From positions 372,001-436,000 of the forward strand of contig NW_027117339.1 of assembly GCF_038025025.1 (NCBI RefSeq): 64,000 nt of DNA, written 5' to 3'. A program made the translations under genes and the position numbers. Under the pieces are notes generated by a model, which was given only the letters and a program-made list of their open reading frames with translations, was not told where the DNA came from and ran no database searches. Shown piece by piece: positions 26,201 through 37,049 of this stretch. The stretch's first letter is position 1; each line of letters begins with the position of its first letter. The stretch comes from Phyllosticta citribraziliensis (lineage: Eukaryota).

Positions 26201-29200
26201 AGAGCGTGGCCCAGAAAACAATGCCGTCGTCCCCGTCAGTGCGACGGAGAGCTCTCGTGGCGTGACACGCTGAAACCCTGCACAAACCCAGCAATTGGAG
26301 TACGTACGTGGCCAGGACAGAGGTCGATGCGGGCGGGCGGACGTCGCCGTCGGCGGCGGCCATTGCTGCTACGCCCTGGCCTGCTTGCCTCCACACCGCT
26401 GAGGTAACTCTTACCTCTGGCTGACCGCCTCGCCGTCTTCTTTTGCGTCCTGTCGCAAAAGTTGGACGTGTTCACATGACAGGCAGTGGGGTCTAATGGG
26501 TCCCGCCTCTGCTTCCTGAGCAGTCCTCCCAAATCTTCGGACTTACGGACGTATCCTTTCGACTGGGTGTATTTTCGTTCTACTCTCACTGGGATTGGCT
26601 GATTTCTCTCTCACTACACCTGCTCCTATAGGTTGGGATGCTCGGACTTTGAAAATCCCCGAGTTTTGTAGGGCTCCGGCTGCTCACGTTCTTCTTGGAC
26701 ATCGACTGCCTTCAAACACACTGACCACGAGACTGGCACGTGAAGGAGTCTCGACGAAACGTGAGGATTCGCGTGGAACATTGCATCACGCGGAAGTTTC
26801 CCTTTCCCTCACTCGCACCCTCTCACGCGGATGTGCACAAGATGACTTCTTTTGTCATTCTGCTTTCATTGGCACAGGCAGGTTTGAAGCTCACGGGCCA
26901 ACCATCTTCCCTTCAGCAGCAAGAGCAAATGATGAAGCGCAACGTGGAGGCAGAATGGGGGCGAATTAGATGACTGTGTGGTGCAGACTGCCCAATTCTG
27001 CCTTTACTATTCAGAGTTCGCTGGTACAGCTTACAGACCTCCAATCTCTTCCCGAAGCACAAGAGAGAGACCCAAGTGAGTGAAGACTTGGAGGGTTTCC
27101 TCTACCGGACCAGGCGCCGAACCATAATGATTGTTGGAGAAGCGGCAGAGTGAGCTGAATTTACACGTGAGCCAGCATATCACAATCACAAGTGGCAGAG
27201 TCACAGTCATGAGCATTGAAGTCATAGCCATGTGAAAGCGCATGTGTTATCACCGAAATCGTCGCCGTCGCAGAGTATAAAAGGCTGCCCTCGCGCCGCC
27301 TGTTCACTTTCCAAGCACAGTCTGCTCCCGTCTTCACGATCACGGTAATGAGCTCTGAAAAACTGCTACTGTCTGGCTGGTTTGGCTGGCCGGGACATGG
27401 CCTACTCACTCTGATTTTCTACCTGATTTTTCCTTTTCCTGCAGTAGATGTAGTGTTGCGCAGCATTTTGCCGTAGTGTAGACCAGCGACACCATCTCGC
27501 CATGATGTCACTGGCGATAGTGGATGAATGCTCCCTGGGTATACCTGTGTTGAAGGATTACAGCTTCTGAGTCTAGTCCGCAATGGTGGAACGTTCCCTG
27601 CGCGTAAGTATGGTGGTGGATGACAGCTCCCTGGCTTCATCTACAGGGGTGAATGAATGCTCCTTGAATACAGCTGTAATATTGGGAGATGCTAAATGCA
27701 GCATCATATTGAATTAAATGCAGTCTCCATCATTATTCCATGATGCTAACAGCGCAATTCTTCTCCACGAAACTCTCTCAGCCATTTCACCCATTCACCA
27801 ATCTCCCACACCCACCACCACAGAATCGTGTCTTTCGCGAGATTTCTCGAGGACAAAAATACAGTTCGGTTCGTAGTGGTGACATGAGCCACTGCTTCCC
27901 ATGTCCCTGGCCTGTGTGTAGAGTCTGAGGGCCAAAGACGCAGTATTTATTGTCGACAGGAATACGCACGCACCTGCGCTATGCAGACCGCGTGACGCGC
28001 AATCACAGGCCTGGTCAACTCAGACCTCATGATTGGGGTCACGGATCTTGTCGATTCAGACCGAGTGACAGCGCACAGATCCTCCCCCTGCGGAATCGAG
28101 TAGTATATAAGTCGTCACTGACGCCGCTGGTCTGTGGCAGCAAGCCTCTGCCTCCGAGAAGTGGAGAAGTCTTTGGGTGTGTCGAAGCACTTGAGACTTG
28201 GAAAGAGATGCGATCAGCTCCAATACTTTGGCTGCGGGGGAGGTGATGCATTCGTCTTCGGCTTGATTTTCATTTTGTGCTTCCAAGGGCTGTGAAAGGA
28301 CAAGATGATGGTGAGCGCTTCGGCGTTGTGTTGAAGGAATCCCCTGTCTTTCAGAAATGCCACTTACACACTTGCAAGACGTGACAAGGTTGAAGCATGT
28401 TTTCGGCATGTGCTCGCATAGCTAGACAACATCGAAATTTCATGGACTATGCCTGGATAGAGTTTCACTGACAAGGCAGAGCATTACTCCCTAGTCCGCA
28501 AAGTTCGCGTGAAACTATTCGCTCAACGTTCGACGCACAAGAAGCTTGTTGTATTAGCTTGCACAACTTCCGCTGACCAAGTCCCCAGCTAGGGACAGAC
28601 AGACCTGGGCAGGAGGAGGGGCAAAATGAAGGAGGGGTTCAGATGAAGCCGATTGGATGATAGACCCTGGAGGCAGGTACATGGCGTTCTCCGTTTACCT
28701 TCGTTTGAGGTGCTGCCGGTGCCTTGACTGTCGTTGGGTGGTCGGATAAGCCGTGGATGTTCTGTCATGACTGCTTCGCAGGAGGTCCGTTGACCTATCG
28801 CGAACTCGAGACGGACTACTGAACGGGCGGGCGTTTTCGAGCCGTTGGAAGATGGCAGCGACTGTTTTCTTTTCAGTGTGTGCGCCGACCCAACAGATTG
28901 TAGAAATTTGGAGGGTTCCACCCTCGCTGTTCGTATTTCGGGGTCGTCTTTGGGGTGTTAGTGAAGAAAACGCCATCGCGGTGCCAGACAATGCGCCAAA
29001 AAGCCCAAATTGGCTGGTGATCGCCACACAATCCACTTGCATCAGTGGTTTTTACTTTTTGCAAGACGAGGGTCATGGCAACTCAGCCATCGTACATGGT
29101 CGTTCGTCGGGCGACTGCCAGTAGCCGTTTGAAGGACAATCTCTGGACGCTCCCAAATACATCCCATGGCGTGCTTCTGATTGTGAATAACTCGCAAGCC

Positions 29201-32200
29201 ACGATCTTGACAGCACAGTCACACGGCGTTGGGAGGGGAAGGCGGGCGAAGCTCGAATGAGAAAAGACGCACGCCGCGTTTTGTGTCTGTAGCGCTCTGC
29301 GAGATACGCACCTGACAACCTTGTGTCGTACACAAAGACTCGACCCACGGCCATCCCAGATCGGGCCGTGATGTGGTGGTGGTGACAATGTATGGCCAGA
29401 GCACCCGCGACGGTCGACGACAAGACTCCTGATCGGGCACAAACTCCGTCGCATGCCTTGGACGGGGCGATCAACCTACCATTTGCAGAAAGTGCGAGCA
29501 TAACCTCAAAAATAGCTCGTTACGTCGAGCGCGAGTCGACTGACAGTTCTCAGTCACGGCGTGACAGCGGTAACGTGTGAATGACGGCTGTCGCCACGGG
29601 AGGGTTGGAAAGGTGTGGCATGTATACACGCTGGGCCGTCGCATGAACGTCGCGGAGGGCGGAAAAAAGCGTGTCCCTGGTCGATCAGCATGGCGTGCGG
29701 ATTCTCTACTCTTTTTTGACAGGCTGGTTGTACCGCATGCCCGTTGAGGTGCGGAGGTCGATGGAAGAAGCCACAGTCGCACTTGACGGGGCGTCAACTC
29801 GACGGATGCAGAGTGACACTATCACCGTCATCTCTCGGCTGCCGCGTGGAGGTTGGACACTAGAGCGATTGGCTCTGTGTTCGACTCATGGTCTGATGGG
29901 CGGTTTACTCGACTGTTGAGCGGAAAAAAAGAAGACGAGTAGTAACAAGCAAGCTTTCTCAGCAGACGTATTCGTTTATCTCGGCGGCATATCGTCATGG
30001 CATGCAAGCGCGCCGGACCGCGCCGGTCGACGCATAAGGTACTGAGGTGGAGGGTGGACACCTTCCGGGGAAGCGAGACATGGGCCGAGCAGAAGACTGC
30101 CAATGTCTTGAGCACTGCTCGGACGACGTGGGACCACGGCAACCACAACAGCCCAACGCCCCTCTCATCAAATTGGGTTACACTGCGGAGCCTCGAGATG
30201 ATGTTACACAAGCTCCACGTCTCGATGCACAATCGCCTGCGGAGAATTTTTGAACTGACTGCACGTTTTTGACAGTCGAATATTGAGAGACGTATCTTCT
30301 GCAACCCCCGACCTCGGCCTTCGATCATGAGACGCGATTCGAGCGACCCGTGTCCTGGATCACCACCAAGTTGTCGAAGCGAATGTTTCGGTGTGGCGGC
30401 AGCCCACAGACGGCAACATATGGCGGATGAGGCGGTCAAGTCAAGACCTCCACCGCCCAAGAGCACTGTACATGAAAGGAGCGGTGAAGGCGTCATTTGC
30501 TGAATTGTGTCGGTACTCGATTGGCTTTTGTCGAAGCGGTCTGAATGTCCCTAGGGAACTGGCATGAATACAAGTACGAGCGACCACCCTCGTCGCAGAC
30601 CACAGCAAGTCGTGGTGCTCGACGGCTACCACGTCTTTTTCCCATTTTGCTGCTCGAGACGGCCCGCCAGCACTCAAGTTCGACCATGATACTGTGGCAA
30701 CCAAGTCGATGCCGCGCCATAGACACAGCACAGCGCGTGCCGTGCACCCTCCGAGTCGAGTCCCTCATCGACAGAAGCCAAACCGCCACCGTTCGTGCCT
30801 GTTTCTGAATCAAATATCTTGGTGTTTCGCCCGGTTTGGAGCTCCAAACGCAAGCTTCCGCTAGCCTTTTTGGCGTTGCTACGGTTGAGACGGCAAGACT
30901 TCCAGGGGCCGCGCTTGTCGACGGATAGGCGCAGGACAAGGTCTTCGCCGATTGGCACAGGTAGCAATCCACGCTGTGGAAGGCATCAAAGGGTCTTGCA
31001 TCCGGGCCCGCGCGCGAGAGGATTGCATGCCGGTCGAGAGCTTCGCCTCAAATTTCCCTACGTCCCCATGACAGTCGAGTGATGAGCCAGGGCGTGGACC
31101 CGGTCACAATGAGGGACCCGTGACCTGAAGCCAGAGTCTACGAAAGATGGAGGGAGCACAAGGTGATCAGACTGCAATCTGGACAAACCGGGGCCGCCCT
31201 TTTGGGCGGCTTTGCCAACCAAAAGGCAAGCCGCATTGCTTCAAGGCCGGTGCAAGGTCCTTCCATGCAGCCCAAGAGGGACGCAGCTTTGGCACCTACC
31301 ACGCCTTGGACTTTTGCATTTGCGCAAAGACCTCTTTTTCACAGTACAGGCAAGCAAATGCAGTGACTGAGACATCCTCGACTGACACCTTCGTTGGCCT
31401 TCTTCTCGCTCCCCAGCAGCGGCCCGCTGCAGTCAAAGACGGCATTCGGTGAGAAGTTGGCCTCCTCAGACTCCTACCATTTCCCCCTTTGATGCTGACC
31501 GAAGCGTAGCAATCAATCCGTCTGCCGGTCTCGTCCTGGATTGTCACTGAACAATCCGTGGCAACCCACAGCTGGCGCAAAGTCGTTTGAATCGAAAAGA
31601 AACGAGGCGAATGACGGCTGAGCTTGGACGGCGGCAGCTATAAGATCATTCCGCGTCGTCACCGCTCTTGCCAGAAGGTGCTCGATCTGGATCTGCAATC
31701 TCCCTTTTGCCCACCGAGGTACTGCGCTGCTCAAAAGACCGTCGACGCGGGAGCTCCGTTTTCAATCCTCGCACGCCGAGTGGCTCTTGATTCCCTCGCC
31801 TCCTCGTTTTTTGCGTCCATTCAGCTTTCGACCTTGACTGAGTCGTTTGGTCAACAAGGCGGCGTCCAAGTCACCGGTGGAATCGGCCTCGACCAGGCGC
31901 CATCAATCAGTACAGCGCATCGTCTGGTGCCGTGGGACACCGGCCAACTGTGCAGACCCGTCTGCACAGAAGCCACACAGAAGCATCTCAGACAGACCGC
32001 ACCAGATTGAGACAAAGGCACAGGAAAAGGGCGGCGAGCCTGCCTGCTCGCCTGCTCGGCCGCTCAGCTGTCCAAACGACCGGAATCTTGCCCGCTGCGT
32101 TTCCGCGTCTAGCGCAGTACTCGTACGTGGGTGGAGGAAGTTGCCGTGGCGGTGTATAAGGCGCCCGTTTCTCGTCCTCGTAAGTACCTCAAGGCCGTGT

Positions 32201-32353
32201 CCCTACACCTCGTCGTCCGTCCAGCTTTGCTCTCCTGCACAACGGCCCGGGGCTGCAGCGTTCCTTTTGTTTTCTCAAGCCAAACAGGACTGACTCCAAA
32301 AAGACTTGCTTTGCTATCCTTCCTTGCCCGCCATCTCACGGGCAAACCTCAGC

Positions 32354-34423
32354 ATGATCAAGATACAGTCTTTGCTCAACCCGCTCTCCGAGGCATCCCT
32401 TGGTCGGCACTCTCCACCGCCGTCACCGCACCTGTCCGACATTCACCGCCAGAAGGTGTCCAAGACGGCGGCAGTGTTTGTCAAGGGCGAGCCAAAGGGA
32501 GAGGTCCGCTACCCTCCGCACGAGATTGATGACGACGACGACCTGGCGGCCGAACTCCTCAAGTATCGAATCACCCCCACGCCTCTCCGTGACATCAAGA
32601 AGTACCCGAGGCACATTCCGTACAACAGTGACAAGAAGTCCTTCCTGACCAAGACTGGTCGCGAGGCTTTCGAAGGTAGGTCGTCGTCTCCTCTTGCACT
32701 CCCAGCCTGGATCCGCTGACCAGTCAACAGTGTTCCAGTACACGTACAAGGTCCCTGGTGATAGCACCGAGTATGTTGTCATGTGGGACTACAACATCGG
32801 ACTTACCCGCATAACCCCCTTCTTCAAGAGTTGCAAGTATCCCAAGGTGAGCACCTCGCACCAGCGCGGAAGAAGCGTATTGACGAGTAGACTGGCAGAC
32901 CACCCCGGCGAAGGCGTTGAGAATAAACAGCGGCCTCGGAGCGATCAGCTACAGCATCACCGGCGGGGCTCTGGCAGCTCAAGGTACGCAAAGCATCTTC
33001 AGACGATTGCTTCTCCCAAACTAACGGTCATTAAGGATACTGGATGCCCTTTGAAGCCGCCAAAGCCGTCGCCGCCACCTTCTGCTACCCGATCCGACAC
33101 GCGCTGACGCCAATATTCGGCCGCGACTTTATCGACATGTGCATGCAGCCCAGCGAGGCGTCGTACGCCTCGTTCAAGATCCGAGACGACATTGTGAGGA
33201 GCAGCACACAACAGACGGAGCAGTGGCGCAGCTTCTACTCGACGCCGCAGAGCGACCACGCGCCCAGCCCCATACCGCTGGGCAGCCCGCTCGACATTCC
33301 ACGGTCGTCGTCTGCCATGGGGCCGGAGTCCTTCTCGCCGTGGAGCCCAGCGTCGTCGCGGCCTCTGCGCCGCGCCGTGACGCGCAGCGTCCTGCACTCG
33401 TCGCGGACCCAGCAACACTGCCACGACCTCCACCGCAGCAGCAAGCGTCGAGCAATCGGCTCCTCCTCTTCTCGCAACGTCAATGATGCCCGCCACAGCA
33501 ATCGCACGCCCACGTCCGACACGGATGACGAGGCGTCTGCAAGCAGGGCCAGCCGCCCCAGCTACACCATCTCGCCGCAGGTGAGCCCCAAGGGGCAGAC
33601 GTTCCTGTGGTTCAGCGCCGACGGGGCGCCATACACGCCAGCGCCGACGCCTCGCGCGCGGACAGCGGCGGCTACGAGTGCTGGCCGCGACGACACGATG
33701 GCCATCTCGCACGTCGTGAGCCGCAGCGCGGAGGACATGGACGACGCCGACAACCACCACCACCAACATCACGACGGCGCTATCTGCGGCAGCCCCGTGT
33801 CCACGCTGTCGACGGCGACGGCAACGACGGCGGATTCGGGCACGCCGACCAGCGCCGCGAGTCCCCGGCTGCATGGCGGGTGGTACTCGTTCGTGCCGCG
33901 CAGCTGCTGGAGCGACGCGGATGAGCTGGCTGCTGCCAACGCCAACGCCGCCACTGCGGTGATGGCCAAGGGGCCTCCGCAACACCGTCCTGACGCCCAT
34001 AGACACCTACACCATGGTGGCGGCATACCGTCGAGCCACCACGTCGATGCCTCGCCCTCACCTCGCCTGCTCCCCTCGACCATGCTGCTCGCCGGCGCCG
34101 GCTCGAAGCGCAAGGTTTCCGACTCGCAGTCGCGGGCCGCCAGCATCGCCCACGACGAGGGCGCAGCCATGGCATCGATGCCGCTGCTACTGATGGGCCA
34201 CAGCCCCTCAGACGGGCGTGCGCAGCGCTCATGCCAAACCGGTGGCGGTGCCGTCCGGCCTCGCGGCGCGCCGCTGGGCAAGGGGACGGACATGGAGGCG
34301 GCGCTGACGCTGATTGCCATGGCGAGCGGCGGCGAGGAAGACGACGACGACGATGAGGAGGAGGAGGAGGTGGAGGAGGATGTTGATGGCGCTCGCTGCC
34401 GGAAGAGTCGTCGTGTGTCGTGA
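32354..34423 (+). CDS. APSES (KilA-N) domain transcription factor, Xbp1-like. Introns 32676-32730, 32847-32898, 32984-33035
   Basis: The spliced product reads [85 protein letters not shown], the Xbp1-type APSES domain of filamentous fungi. Confidence 0.92.
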
Positions 34424-35003
34424 AGTGGAGGGAGCAGCTTCTTGATCTTTTCCCCTTTTCTCTTTTCTGGTTCTCCTCCCCCTCTCACTTTTCCTCCTCT
34501 TCTTCTTCCATCCACATCCCCACCTCCACAACAACCACAATCAACCCTCAGCGAACGAAAAAGGAAAATCCAAGTCACCAGCTCTGTCCCTTCACCTTCA
34601 CCCCCAAAAAAGCACTTTCAACGAGAAGGGTAGTTCTTTGATCTTTCGACAGAAAAAAAAGGGGGAAAAGTGAAGAAACTTGCTTAAGAAAGGGTCTGTC
34701 TGGGTGACAGCAGGCGATGATTTTCTCCTTCTTTTCTTCATGCGTCTTGCTTGCTTGCTTCTCGGTTGAAGGTTTCGGTATAGATTACTCCTTTTTCGAC
34801 AGTTGGCAGATAGGGTAGGGAGAAAGGCTGGAAGGAAGGCGGACAGACAGACACAAAAGCCGTTTGAATTGGCAGAATGATACCTACCTACCATGCGTGC
34901 ATCTCTGTACCTCAGCCTCGTCAATCACAGACCCCCCCGTCAAGACGTGCATTCACCTCCTTCCCCACCACCAACACACCTCACCAACTCACTCACACCC
35001 TAC

Positions 35004-35865
35004 CTACGCCTTCGCAGCCGCCTCGCCCTTCAACTTCTCCACCGCCGCCACAGCGCGCCCAATAAAACTCTCCTCGTCCCACGTCTTCACCACACTCGGA
35101 TGCCGCATCACCGCCTCGGCCCAGCGCCCAAAAAGCGGCAGCGCCTGCAGCCCCTGCTTCAGCGCCTGCGGCACCACACCGCGGCCCGACAGCGCATACA
35201 GGCGCAGCAAAAACGGCGCGGTGAGAATCTCCGCCAGACCAACGGCCTCGACGCCGCCCAAGAACGGCGCCGCGGCGCGCGTGCCGTGCAGCAGCGGCTC
35301 CACCTCCGTGCCCACGGCGTCCAGCAGCTGGTCGACCATCGCATCGACGGCGCCGGCGTCGGCGAAGAGCAGCGCGCGGCTGTGGCCGCCGAGCGCGCTC
35401 ATGAACGCGTCGGCGTAGAGCTGGACGCGCGCGCGGCGCAGCGGCGCGCTGGGCGAGGCGAGCGTCGCCGGCAGCACGTGCGACGGCCGGCTGTCGGCCA
35501 GGAACTGCGCGATGATGGCGCTTTCGGTGAGGATTTCATCCGTGACGGCGCCGTTGGAGAATTTGAGCGAGGGGACGAGGCCGCGCTGGTGGTGGGGGGG
35601 CGGGGTTAGTTGGCGTGTTTTGCGGGGGAAGGGAAGGGGAGGGGAGAGGATGTACAGGATTGATGTCCAAATACCACTGCTCGCGCGGCTTGCTGATGTC
35701 GACCAACACCTCGTCGAACGGCAGCGCCAGCTCCGTCAGTAAGATGTGGACGCGTTGGCAGTAGGGGCAGTCGGGGAACGTGTAGAAGGTGATTTGAGGC
35801 GCGACGTGCGGGTTCTCGTAGCCACCACCACCACCGCTGCCGCCGGTGCTGGTGTTGGACGACAT
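35004..35865 (-). CDS. Glutathione S-transferase (omega-like, CPYC active-site motif). Intron 35586-35655
   Basis: ITFYTFPDCPYCQRVHILL..WYLDINP|RGLVPSL..ILTESAIIAQFLAD is a GST N-terminal thioredoxin fold. The C-terminal helical domain has GLAEILTAPFLLRL and RWAEAVMRHPSV. Confidence 0.93.
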
Positions 35866-36628
35866 GTTGTGTTGTTGTGCGGTGGGTGGGTTGAGTTGGA
35901 TGCTAGCTGGCCGGCCGTGCCGTAGATTCAACCGTACCTAGACTTCCAGTAGTTTGTTACATAGTCGTACTACACGCCAGGTGCATGTATATATAAACAC
36001 CCCATTGATATACCCCTACGCGATGGACGCGATGAATGGCATCATTGGATGATGCATCTGGCTGCATCCACAGGACTGCCCCGCTCGCTCACCTCAGCTC
36101 AGCTCAGCCCAGCCAAACCCCGGGCAACGATGGGACGGCAAAAGGCAATAGATAGCATCCCATCCCCCCAGCCCGTAAGCCATGGCAGCATCTGGGGTCC
36201 GGATGGGCTGTTTGTGATTGGAAATACAGCAAGCAGCTGCGAAAGCGGGTGCTTGGTTGACGCGTCCCTCGCAAACTTTCGCGGCGCCGGCAGCGCGACG
36301 CTCCGATGCCCCCCTCATGTTCCTTCTTATCGAAGCTTGCATAAAGCTTGGTTGTGCACAAAGCGTGTGCATTGCACGCCCGCCCCGCGTGAACAACTGC
36401 TGGGCACCGTCACGCGTGTGGTGGATGCGTCGGATGGGTGGAGGCGGGCGGGCAATTATTCAGCGGACGAACAGACGCATGGATACATAACATACATGTA
36501 GGCAGCAGCGGAGGAAGCGAAGGAAACGAAGCAAGCGAAGCGAGCCGGAGGAGGAGCGTAGTTGGATCATACCTCACAGTAAGAAGATCCTGGCAGTGAG
36601 TCAGTCAGCCGTAGATAGTATAGGAAGG

Positions 36629-36679
36629 AGGTAGAGTAAGGTAGCAAGTAGGTAGAGTAAGGTAGCAAGTAGGTAGAGT
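36629..36679. repeat. 21-bp tandem duplication (AGGTAGAGTAAGGTAGCAAGT, about 2.4 copies)
   Basis: Two exact copies plus a partial third, read directly from the sequence. Confidence 0.9.
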
Positions 36680-37049
36680 GGAGTAAGGTGGACAAACAAC
36701 ACTCCTCATTCAGATACCACGGTGCACTAAACAATCCGTTGCTTTTACCAGGGCCCCTAACAGCCCAGCCCTATCCATCCTAACCCTACCCTATCCCATC
36801 CTAGATACCCATCAATCCAATAGATCCCAATCCTCAACCCGCACGCGCTTGCCGCACGTCGGGGAGGCGTAACGATTCCCAAACATCCCAAACAGACACA
36901 CATTTCAAAAAGAAACAGACAAAACGCCAGACTCCCCAGCCCCAAACCCCAAAACCCCATTAGCAGAACAGGAAAGACAGACAAGCAAAGACAAAGAGTA
37001 TCAGTGAGCCAGTCAGTCGATCAACGAAGCGAGGCAAAGAGATAGATCC

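Noticed and set aside
32999..35609. Several long overlapping Arg/Ala-rich ORFs around the APSES and GST genes (likewise at 51111-52927)
   Set aside because: Stop-poor alternative frames of very GC-rich real genes.
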